A DNA stretch of 63,450 nucleotides, the filler included, from Rhabdomonas costata (taxonomy: Eukaryota), in the NCBI GenBank assembly GCA_019059605.1. It is 25 parts of 25 records of this genome, joined end to end, with 100 filler letters (N's around TTAATTAATTAA, not from the genome) between each part and the next. Parts side by side here need not be neighbours in the genome. Positions count along the whole stretch, not along the records: positions 50,859 to 53,297 come from JAHMHO010003405.1; positions 53,398 to 55,835 come from JAHMHO010003406.1; positions 55,936 to 58,374 come from JAHMHO010003407.1; positions 58,475 to 60,914 come from JAHMHO010003408.1; positions 61,015 to 63,450 come from JAHMHO010003409.1; 20 more parts are not named here. One strand, given 5' to 3'. The notes beneath the pieces are model-generated. The model saw only the letters and a list, made by a program, of their open reading frames with translations, had not been told where the DNA came from and did no database searches. The position numbers were made by a program, and so were the translations under genes. Positions 53,059 to 63,450 of the stretch are shown one piece after another (position 1 is the first letter of the stretch; each line of letters begins with the position of its first letter).

Positions 53059-54955
53059 ATAGGTTTTATGCTTCACAGCAACATGGCAAAGACTAGGTAT
53101 CTGAGGGCACATGCTCTTTCGCTTCCCACCCTTTCGTCTGACAGTCATGGACATGACGAGCCTTTTCGGACCCACAGAAATGTCTTTACAAAAACTCAGT
53201 CCCATGGCGTTTGTGCACGTGTAAACTCCAGGACAACCTATAGAAAATCGCAAAAATCAAAGGCAAAAAGTCTTCAAAAGTCCCTTCAAAAGTCAGGNNN
53301 NNNNNNNNNNNNNNNNNNNNNNNNNNNNNNNNNNNNNNNNNTTAATTAATTAANNNNNNNNNNNNNNNNNNNNNNNNNNNNNNNNNNNNNNNNNNNNTTG
53401 TGGGTGTTGGGTCGATTTTTCCAGTTATGGTTGGTTTGGGTAGCGGTTTTTGCCTTTATAGCCGTTTGCATTGTGTACACGGCTACTGCTTCTGAGGTGA
53501 GAAGCACCATTTCGCCCGCCATGTTTCTGGGTGTCTCCCCTTTTTTTTTTGCTGCACTGCCTTTTTGCACTGCTGTGCGCGGGTGTGCTGTTGCCTCATG
53601 GCACAGATGTTCTTCCAGAAGGACTGGGTTGTTGCGGTTTGTGCCGTTTTGTACAATGTGTGCTGCTGGGAACGGCTGGTGTGAAGTTTTGGCTGTTCGG
53701 GATTATTTTGCCAGATGGGGATTTGACTTTCGGTGAAGAAAACGTCCAAAAGGCGTCTGAGCTAGAAATTTGAAATGTGGAATGAAAAGTCAACATGGAA
53801 ACATGTAGCAGGCTGCGGCCCAGCTCTCGTTTCCTTCTTTGCACCTGGTATTTCGTGTGGACGTGCCACTTCGCCTGTTTTTGTGGGCGGCATTTGGAAC
53901 TTCGGAGGAGCACAGAAACATCGCGAGCCCCGAAGCCCGAGAATGAGCTCGCTTCACACAAGCTTCGGTCAACTATTGATTACAGTACCTTCCCAGATGT
54001 CCTGCAATTCTCGTTGAGAGAATGCTGCTGCTCCAAGATCATTGCTTGGGATTCAGCAGATGCTGACTCCGTTCGATTGGGTGCCGCTGGCTGGTCCGTG
54101 CTGTGTATTTAATTGGGTGCGGAAGAAAACTGAGTCCTGCAGCGACTATTTTGCGAGAGATACGCAGCATATTGACACTAAAGCAATCAATCACATGAAC
54201 TGGAGTGCAGGAGGAGTAGGAATACTTAAAGAAAAAGTTAAGAAAAATGGGTGTACAAAGCAGTGCGGTGAATGCCAAAAGGAAGCAATTCTTTGAGAGT
54301 GAGGGAAAAGGAGAACTGATCCCAGCAATTCCAAAACTGTATGTTGGCGATGAACGCGGTTGTGTGCGCCGGTGCTCGGCGGGAGCGCAGAAATCACCGC
54401 CTATACGTATGACCGTCCGAAGTGGTACCAGGGCAAGGTCGGCACAAGGTTTCGTTTCTGTCGGATACTTCGAAACTTCTGTCTTTCGGGTTGGAAACGG
54501 AAATGCCAAGACCCTCGTGAGGCCACAAGGTGCAGAGAAGTTGCGCAGAGGTCCGAGCAATCGAAGTTGAGTGGACAGGCTGGTGCCACGCAAACACTAA
54601 CAGAATCTAACAGAATCTAACAGAAGGTAAACATGCAGCAGTCGTTTTATTCAGAGCCTCCCGGCTCCTCTCCTACTGCTACCCGAAGTCGTCTACCGGT
54701 TCAACCTGAGCAATCCTGCTATCACCCCTGTACGCATCCTACTGTCTCGACAACGCAGCCGCCAGAACGATGGTGACATAAAGATACCGCCAAAGTTCCT
54801 CTTATGCACACTTCTCGCGCAGGACACATTCCTGGTGCTGGTGCCCATATGGTGGTGCGCGCGGGGTGGAGCATCCGTGCCTCTGCGGCTGTAGAAGAGT
54901 TGGGCAAGACCCCAGCGTTATGTTTTTGGATCACATCGGACGCCCATTTTCAAAG

Positions 54956-55792
54956 GTGAAGCTCAGCCCCGTGGGGGTGAACCTGATCTCCGTCGTCTAC
55001 CCTTTACTAGTCGCCGGGATGGCCCTGGTGTGCCAGCGGCTCTCCCTGCAGCTTGGGCGAGTAGTGGTCTACGTGGGATTTCAATGGACCGGGTCCTTCC
55101 TGCTCGCCGCCATGCAGGTCTGCTGCCCCCCCCCCTCTGTACCAACTCCCTATTTTCTGCACTTCTGAAAAGTTCTTGGTGTACGCCAAAACTCCCTCAA
55201 GTGTTGTGCAACTTCAGATATCAGAAGAGAGTGTATGTGTTTGCCGGTGCGAAGACGCCAAAAAGACAGTCACCAGGTCAACCCCACTCAATGCCTTTAG
55301 AAGCTTTGCCCTTCTATTGCGTTTTCTTCACTTTGAAAGCTAGCACTGCCGAGATCATTGGATTTGAGTGTGGTGTGGTTTGTCAATTAGAGATTGATAA
55401 AAAACCGGCTGACAGACAAAATAGTTCAGTTCTGCATTGAAAAAAGTCCTCCGCAACCCCGAACGGAAAACAGGGCGAAATCTACCGGGAACCGAGAGTG
55501 AACGCGACACAAGTGCTGGAAGAGGAAAATTAAGGATTGGGCCCTTGTGGTTCGCTGAGGTTATCTCTCGTGGGGGATGGGGGAGAGAAACCCAGGTGCG
55601 GTAATCTCAGGCGTCAGACCTCTTGCTTCGAGAGTAAATAGAGTAAGAGTAAATATCAAACTTTGGGGATCGCAGCTTCACCTGCTGCGCCGCAACCCCT
55701 ATGCCCTGGTCGGGGTTTACCTGGTCCGGGGCACCTTTTCCAGCGCCCCAATTGCCCTAGTGGAGAGCGTGATGATGGACTTCGTGCCCAAG
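54956..55792 (+). CDS. Major facilitator superfamily transporter, internal exons
   Basis: Exons 54956-55117 and 55676-~55792 give hydrophobic helices with QRLSLQLGRV (motif-A-like) and YLVRGTF...ESVMMDFVPK. Confidence 0.75.
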
Positions 55793-56747
55793 CGGCGCCA
55801 TCTCTAGGTCGTTATCGCAACACTTCTCGCAACCTNNNNNNNNNNNNNNNNNNNNNNNNNNNNNNNNNNNNNNNNNNNNTTAATTAATTAANNNNNNNNN
55901 NNNNNNNNNNNNNNNNNNNNNNNNNNNNNNNNNNNGTTGGGTGGGGCCAGCAGCAAAACCGCCTAACCTGTGGCAGGGTGTATGCACGTATGAGAGGCAG
56001 TGCATTACCGGGGCGTGGGCCTGCGCGCTGCGACAGAGGAGGCTCTGGGGATGGCGAAGAGGACTGAGCAAACAAATGCACCATTCCTTCCAATGATATC
56101 GGTTACCTCATCACCACACACAGAGAGAGATACTCGAAATGCAGGAAGACAAAAAGCAGAGGAATAGAGGAATAGAGGAATAGGCCCTGAATATGCGCAA
56201 CGGTGTGCGGTGAGAGTTGGGTTTTCAATAAATTCTGGCGTTTCCTGGATGAGGCATTTCTGCAACCGCTCTGAAATCCAAAGAAACGCTCACCCGTAAT
56301 CGCCCCCGGTTACGCTCAACAGTGCACTTTTCCTTTCTGCAAATACTTTTCTTGCTGTGTGCCGCCCCTACGTAAAAAAAAGGGGGGGGGAATACCGATT
56401 TGACCCGCCAAAACAGCTTCAGCGATCCATAAGCTTTCAAGCGGACCGCAAACACTCTTCTCAACTGCTCTTCACCCATCCTTACACACCCACCAGTCCT
56501 ATATCAAACCGCCCTTCTCTGCTCACACTCACCCACCGGATTCCACCCCAACTACCCAGTTGAACCCAGATGCCCCGAATGTGTGTGTGCGCGTGTGTGT
56601 GTGCGTGTGCGTGCGTGGGGGAGTCCCTGAGGGGTTAGATATCGCTGTTCCTCGGACTTTTCAGAAGCAGGTAACTCAAAAAACCCTCGTCTGTATCAAT
56701 AAACCCAAAAGTCAGGCACTGTCCCACCGGAAAAGTAAACTGTCTCA

Positions 56748-56823
56748 GCAGCGGCACAAGAGACGATGCACGCGTCCCCTGGGAGAGGTTATTGGTTTTG
56801 TAAGAGGGCAGGAGGCGATGCAC
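56748..56823 (+). repeat. Dispersed dimeric ~50-bp repeat, copy B
   Basis: GAGACGATGCACGCGTCCCCTGGGA...AGAGGGCAGGAGGCGATGCAC. Confidence 0.7.
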
Positions 56824-57938
56824 TCGCTTTTTTTTGGGTGAGCTTGGCCTGCAATGAGAGTTGAAGGACACTTCAGCCCGACGACACTTTCGAATCACAC
56901 TTCTTCTGCGCACCACAGATTGTAAGGAAATCGTGTCATAGTTCTGGATGACCCATCACCGGAAAACCGAACAAAGACAAATTCATAGTGGTGAGGCACT
57001 GGTCTGCATTGGAATCATCGCGTGTCCGGCGACTTCATTTCACGGGATGTTTAGGGCCTTTCCTTAACTCTTCGGCAATGCCGGATGCTCCGGCAACGCC
57101 CTCTATGGGCCAAAACCGACCAAACGAAATTTCGCTTTTTATTCCATCGGTGCAATCATGCACCAATCACACAAAACAAGCTTCCCATATCCCCCCCTAC
57201 ACACTCTCCTTTAACAGCCACAAGGCGGGAAATAGAAAGCACAAAAAACACAGGCACACACAAAGCGCTGACCAGCACTTCAGTGAGCCCCCTCTTCCCA
57301 GGAAGAGACGGCCAACAAACAGGAAGAGAATATAAGGGCCCAATATAAAGGCCAACCTTCCGTTGGGAGACCCCAAGCGGAGGGAACGGTAGGGCTATGC
57401 TTCCCACTGGGGAAAAGGCCCTGGCGAATAACAAATACGGGATAGAAAACGTAAAAATGTACGGGCGACTCCGGTGGGGGTCCCCCAGAGAGGGGGAGGC
57501 TGAGCCTCCCCCCTCTCCGAGGGGATCCTACTACCAGACGAACAGCAGAGCTGTTCGTGAAGAGGGTGCTTTACAGCAGGGGGGTGGGGTGCAAACAACT
57601 AACCTTCTGCGCACACACATTGTCAGCAACACCACGACGCCACCAGAAATAGCCCAAAATGGAGGAAAGATGGAGAAAGCGTGAAGCAGCATTCGATACA
57701 TACACAACGCAACAAGGTTTCCTGTAAGACACGACGGTATCCGCCAAGGGCCACGGGGGCAGTGGAGGAGGGGTCCCCGTCAACAGGCCAGAGCCTGGTG
57801 ATATGAGGTTGGCTTTGTCCCCTCGTGGCAGTCGCCCTCCTTCCATAAAACGTTCTCTTCCAGGATGTGGGGGACCTTCCACTTCAGATGACTGGTGCAC
57901 ACAACGTTGTGCGGGGCTTTCTTCCTCCTCCCAAGGGC

Positions 57939-58157
57939 CTTCCCCGATCCTTGAGAGAAGGAGTGGTCGACGTTCACCAGGCTTCCCACGGGAATGGGCC
58001 CCTGGCCGGCCATCTTGCCCTCCCCCAAAGTAGGCACGGACAGCACCCCGTCGTCACGGGAGAAGTGGTTCACCACCCGGGTCTGGCAGGCCACCGCCTC
58101 CCACGCCCGGGGGTCAGCCGTTACACACCCACCCAGAAGCTGCGCCTCCTCAATATC
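57939..58157 (-). CDS. Exon of a DUF726/TMCO4-like alpha/beta-hydrolase-fold protein
   Basis: DIEEAQLLGG...W.AV...RVVNHFSRDDGVL...MAGQGPI...LVNVD. The 3' boundary (possible GC donor) is uncertain. Confidence 0.6.
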
Positions 58158-58494
58158 CTTTTTTATTTAAAAGTCAAAGGAAGGAGCAGCGCGTATTGCT
58201 GAATAGGAAGGCTGGTGTTTGCGGAGGTGCACCCCACATGACAAGCCCGCGTGTCACTTTGTATTCGAGGTCGCACCCTTCTTCGAGTGAATGAATGCAT
58301 TTCTGGAAGCGATTGCCACGACAGGCATTTCGGTTTACTCGCAGCTGAGCTGAGAACTTCCCAAACACCAAACCNNNNNNNNNNNNNNNNNNNNNNNNNN
58401 NNNNNNNNNNNNNNNNNNTTAATTAATTAANNNNNNNNNNNNNNNNNNNNNNNNNNNNNNNNNNNNNNNNNNNNGGTTTTTATGGGCCCCTTAT

Positions 58495-58577
58495 GCAGGG
58501 GGTTAGGTGGCTATACAGGGTCCCCTGGGATAAAAGCTTTTGCAGAGGGTAGGAGGCGATGCGCGTGTCCCCGGGGA
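58495..58577 (+). repeat. Dispersed dimeric ~50-bp repeat, copy C
   Basis: GCAGGGGGTTAGGTGGCTATACAGGGTCCCCTGGGA...GCAGAGGGTAGGAGGCGATGCGCGTGTCCCCGGGGA. Confidence 0.75.
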
Positions 58578-60280
58578 CTCTTTCCTGAATGTCGTGGGCT
58601 CTCAAGATCGGGCATTAATGCACTTGATAGGGATTGCATAAATGCACTCATGCCGTTGCCTACTGACAGCGGGTAAAGATGACTTGGCGGCACAGCTTGC
58701 AGAGTAAGAGTGAAACGGGTGTGAATTTGGGCAAGAGGGAAGAAGATACGGGGAAGCCGTGGGGGATGCCCTTTCCTACGTTTTGGAGGGGGATGTTGCT
58801 GGTGCCCACTTCCTGACAATTGCACACACACACACACATGCAGACTCACGCACAGGAAGGTGTGAGATGGTGCCGGAGGGTGATAGCGGTACCTCTTCTC
58901 AGGCGGCTTCCTCGTCCCTCTTCCCTCTTTGGGGGCGGGGTGGATCCATTTGTGATGTGTGTGGTGTGGGCTTCTGCTGCTTTCCCCCCCCTCCCCTCTT
59001 TTTTTAGGTGACTCCACATGGGGCTGCGCTTTGGGATAATTTCCTTCCACCCCCACCTCTCTCCCCAACTTTCACACACAACCCGCAAAGGGCTTCAGAC
59101 ACCTATGTGCCTTGTGTCTGGGTCCGCGGTGTGCTGTCCCCATCGTTGAGTCATGGTTGCGGTCCGCACTGGACGCTTGATTACGACCCTCCAGTGGTGC
59201 AAAAAAAAAAAAGGAGGAAGGCTTCCCTCTTGGGCTCCTTCGAACTGTTCATATATCCTCTACACGCACGCACACACACACACACATGCACACACGCACA
59301 CACACACACACAGAGAATCGCACTCTCACACAGACGCTTCTCGTAGCTCTCCATCAGGTGAGCCTTCTTCGATGATCCGCATGGCTCCTTTCAGCGTTAC
59401 GCGTTTTTTGTCGGGTGAGTGGGCTGCGTTGTCTTTTCCCAGGAAGGTGGGTTTCCCCACCAAAGCTTCATTGCTGTGTGGGAGTGGGGGTGACTGTTCT
59501 GGCCTTGCCCCGTTGCACCCTTCCCGCCCCAGCATCATCAGTCGGGTGTGTTGTGTTGGCACTATCAATTATGTACAATCCCGGGGTTTCTGTTTTTGCT
59601 TATGCGGGTTTGGGCGGGGAGCGTATGGGAGGGGTTGGGCATACGTTAACCACAGATGTAAACCATCTTACCATGGCTGTTGCTTTATATGAATTTGGGA
59701 GCATAATCGGTCAGTTTTGCCTTTTCAGCGTGTCTTAGATGGTTCTTTCATCTCCTTTCATGATCAAATCCCGTTTTTGACCGCAGCCCGTGCAAACTTC
59801 TCTGCCTCATTGTTCAGAACAAATTAATAACCTTATCCTTAGCTGCCATGCGATATCATGTGACATTTTGGAGTACTCTTCAACGATCTGCACTTTTTGC
59901 CATTCTCGATTGCAAGTGAAATAGCAAATCTACACCGGATTGCAAACATCCACATCCATTTCTGTGGTTGGTCCACACGCTAATAGAAGTACTACTTGCA
60001 CCTACAAATGCACCTTTTTTTGGTTCGACGCCGAAATTTTTTTGCACTAGATTATCCAGAAAGAATTAGCGTGTTTCGAGTATCTTTGCGCAGTACGCTC
60101 TTGACTTATAGCTCAAGCAGAACATTTTGGGCCTGGTGATGAAGCAAAGAGGCGTCATGCACTTGCAGTTTCTTGTTGTCAGGTCCCATCCGTAGAAGTT
60201 GTCACCTCCGCAACTCTTCAACATTTCAAGAGGTCGCTCTTTTTTCTCTGGTTTGTCTTGCGGTTCGGTTTGGACTGTCT

Positions 60281-60480
60281 ATGGAGAAGGAGATCCCTCT
60301 ACGGCCTCCGCCGCCACAACGCCCTCCGAGGGGAAGGCCCTCGGACCCCACGAGTCCGGCCGCTGGGGGGGACGCCCACCACGAGTACATATCTCGGGAG
60401 AAGCTGTACCTTCTGATCGACCAGCTGATCTCCGCCCTGCTGTTCGTCATGCCCAGCCCAGCGCAGAAGTACTTCGACAG
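60281..60480 (+). CDS. First exon with RIIa/Dpy-30-like docking motif
   Basis: ATG 60281, a Pro-rich leader, then EYISREKLYLLIDQLISALLFVMPSPAQKYF, with donor AG|GT at 60480/1. Confidence 0.55.
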
Positions 60481-60663
60481 GTCCTCGTGCGAGTATTTCT
60501 AATCACTGCAATCTTCTGATTCCTGGAAAGCCGTGGCTACCGTACGTTGGAGTGGAGGGCGGTAATCTCTCAGTGCTGTGAAAGCAGCCATGGATTTTAG
60601 CGATTTCCAATTTTCTGCTCGACGTAAAGGATGTTTGGCATATGTTCAGCAGTGAACCTTTTT

Positions 60664-60751
60664 CTAGGGGACACGTGCATCGCTTCCTAACCCCCTGTGA
60701 AATCAAATGTCTTGTCCTAGGGGACACATGCATGGGTTCCTAACCCCCTGC
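60664..60751 (-). repeat. Dispersed dimeric repeat, copy D (53-bp period)
   Basis: Minus strand: GCAGGGGGTTAGGAACCCATGCATGTGTCCCCTAG...CAGGGGGTTAGGAAGCGATGCACGTGTCCCCTAG. Confidence 0.8.
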
Positions 60752-61499
60752 GAGATCAATTATTACAATATTCACTGGAAATGTCCGTTGCGAATGTGCT
60801 CCATCAACGAAAGAAAGGGGTCCTTGCCATCCAAGTTTGCTCTCCACTGGAACTCCTCCATATCAGGGCCACCTATCACTCCAGCACCCCAGGAAGCCTC
60901 ATAGTTCATAACACNNNNNNNNNNNNNNNNNNNNNNNNNNNNNNNNNNNNNNNNNNNNTTAATTAATTAANNNNNNNNNNNNNNNNNNNNNNNNNNNNNN
61001 NNNNNNNNNNNNNNGGATATAAAAATGTAAGCGCAGTCAGGGCACAGATGCGAAGTGTGGTGCACCAAGAATGAAAGGTGAGACTGTGCGCGGAGAGGGG
61101 AGAGGGACGTGGACATGGGTAATCCCTAACAGGGGTAACACGGTATTTCACGAATGGCATGAAAAGTATGGTGTGGGCCAGCTGTGCGAAATTTGGCTGG
61201 TTTCTCCACGACCCACAATGATATCATCATCATCTCACCGTCACAGAGTCATTGCATGGAGACGGTATTTACTAACAGCGAGCAGTGGGAACCCATTTTA
61301 CAGGCGAAAGACGAAGTTATCCCAAACAAACGGCTCACTCACAAGGTCAGTTTACTCTGCAACTTCATAATGACAATGCTGCTCACAGCCGAAATGGTAT
61401 GAAAAATACATGCAAAGAGCTTGTAGAGATAGGTGGGTGGATCATAAGGTTGCAAGCAGGTCGAGAATTCGTGGGGCGGTGCTCGGTATGCGTGCGGAC

Positions 61500-62990
61500 C
61501 GCTGAGCAAAGAGCTCGAAGAGGGTTTTGCCCGAGGGCAGGCCGATGCTGAGCATTCCCTTGGGCAGAGGTGAGCCCAGCCGGGTGCCCTGGCCCCCCGC
61601 CAGCACCACTACCGCGGCCTGCCCCGAGGCCACCACGCGCAGCCCTGCCTGCCTGCAACATGTCCAGGCGACATGTAACGCATACACACGCACATTTGGC
61701 GACCCCGGTGCCGAACACCAAGAAACGGACCACTCTTCCCTGCTCTTATTGAATGCATCAATCCAGGAAGTGCGAAGACACGAAGAACGCAACTTTGAGA
61801 GGACTAAGCCGAAGCAGGCCTGGTGTCTTTTGTATATATACAGCAGACCTCCCAAAAGCTTCACTCTCAGCTGGTTGCGGTGCCCCTTGGCGGCCCTTCT
61901 TATCTCTTTTGCACCGCTTCTAGACCCAAACAGCCGAGGGTTTACAAAAGTACCCACAACGCGTTTTTACAAAACCTCCGGAGCCGAAAGGAACTCGGCA
62001 GCTGGCTCTTGGCCCCCTGCAGCTCACAGAAATAACTGCCATCTTTATGACTGTATCAGTGTATCTTTGTGCGGCATCTTAAGGAAGAGAAAGAGTAGAG
62101 CCACAGTTCTCAAGAGCGGGTCCAAATGCTGGGTGTTTTCTGTGAGTGGCTGATCAATAGAACCAGAATCAAGAGGTACTAATGGAGGAGGGGGGGCGAC
62201 CAAATGAATAATGACTAGTGACTAGGGATGACTTTGCAAGATGGACTTCGCCCTCTAACCTCATATTACTGGCCAGCCCTCGAAGCCCTCGAAGCCTCCC
62301 TCGAAGCCACGGAGGAGGGGACCGCTGGCTCTAAATTGGGAACGGCACCTCCACTTCTGGCGCTCCCCCGGGTCGGCATCTACGGTGAAGATCCTCTCTG
62401 GGGTGAACGCCGTGATGCCGTCATCGCCAGCCACGGAGCTCAGCGCGGCGTGGTGCCTTGCCATCGCCGCGGTGAAGATCGAACGCAGCTGCTCTGCCGC
62501 AGAAAGTAATAAAGCGTGAGGAGCATGGGGTAGAAATCAGAGAGCAGGGGCACAGCGTAGACGGATTAACGAGAACCCCAATCCCCCAGTATCATAGTCT
62601 TCGTGGTGAACTGAGTCAAGCAACACTTTGGAAACTGACTTCATCCATAAATCCCAAATTTCATTTAAAGAGCAATTTTAAACCGGGGGGAGGGGCTTTC
62701 GCGAGGAAACACAAGAGATACATACGCATGCAACCTGCACACTGAAATCGAAACATATCTCTGGAGAAGACTGCAGTTCCTCTTCCATCGTATGCTGCCC
62801 AAACCCCATCTTCCAGAAACGCGGACATACCCACGGGGACTGCCTCGGCCTGCGCCAAGAGCTGCTCCTGCTGCGCAGGGCTCAAGGCGAGCCACCCCGC
62901 AAACACGTGGCCCTGCCCATTGGCTTCAAACCGGGCGGCCTGTCGCCGGAAGCGTTCCTCCACAGATGACGGCGATGTGGACGAGGCCAT
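61500..62990 (-). CDS. UAP1: UDP-N-acetylglucosamine pyrophosphorylase, N-terminal part
   Basis: ATG 62990. Exons 62990-62831, 62493-62349 and 61652-61500 are in phase. Motifs GQGHVF, VLAGGQGTRLG..PKG and GLPSGKTLFELFAQR. Confidence 0.95.
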
Positions 62991-63450
62991 AATATTAATT
63001 CTCAGAATAATTGGAAAAAGGAAAAAAGCTTTTGACTGAACAGTGCGCGGGTGTTGCCCACTGCGCCACTCAGTGCCACAGGTGCTACATCCATACAAAA
63101 GCAAAGGAGCTTCGGACAGACCTCTACACAAGTCCATACCGAAGGAGAGGATTCCGGAGCTGAATTCTGTTTTCCGTCTTCCATGCTTGATCTCAACCCA
63201 GGCACCCGACGATGACAGGAAGCCCACCTTGAAAAGAAAAACGTTGCCACACCGCCTCCACCACATGCAGGCGAAGGCTGTACTGGCAAAACGACACGTA
63301 CCCATCCCTCAACGAAATCTCATTGACAGGAAACTCTGGGTGCACGCGCTTTCACTTTAGCGTCAGATACGAGCACCCAATTCCTTAGCACCCACTCCTT
63401 CTTCCGAAGCTTAAATACAGCAGCAAAACCCCACCAACCACACCCACCAC

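Overview
This is not a continuous locus. It consists of 25 unlinked ~2.44-kb contigs, apparently sorted by length, joined by 24 artificial 100-nt linkers (N44-TTAATTAATTAA-N44). Many contig ends carry G/T-only (5') or A/C-only (3') tails resembling GenomePlex-type whole-genome-amplification primers, and several end in fold-back chimeras. The DNA comes from an intron-rich eukaryote using the standard code and GT-AG/GC-AG introns. A euglenid or other euglenozoan is my inference, not proven. Most ORFs in the supplied track are noise, so I rebuilt real genes as phase-consistent exon chains. These are a receptor-type cyclase-like protein, HisD, TM9SF, a C2 protein, a Cys-rich GCC2/GCC3 repeat protein, HisG, a Vps62-like exon, a complete small PUB protein, a CocE/NonD hydrolase, SQOR, a PPR-like protein, CAX, MFS, DUF726-like and RIIa/Dpy-30-like exons, UAP1, two hypotheticals and an intronless F-box/LRR gene. 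Mobile DNA includes a decayed Ty3/gypsy RT, a decayed Penelope-like RT with no C-terminal endonuclease, two PPT-TGTCACG LTR boundaries each preceded by an unrecognised decayed intronless ORF, and a dimeric ~50-bp dispersed repeat present in 4 copies. Family assignments are from motif recognition only; no searches were run.
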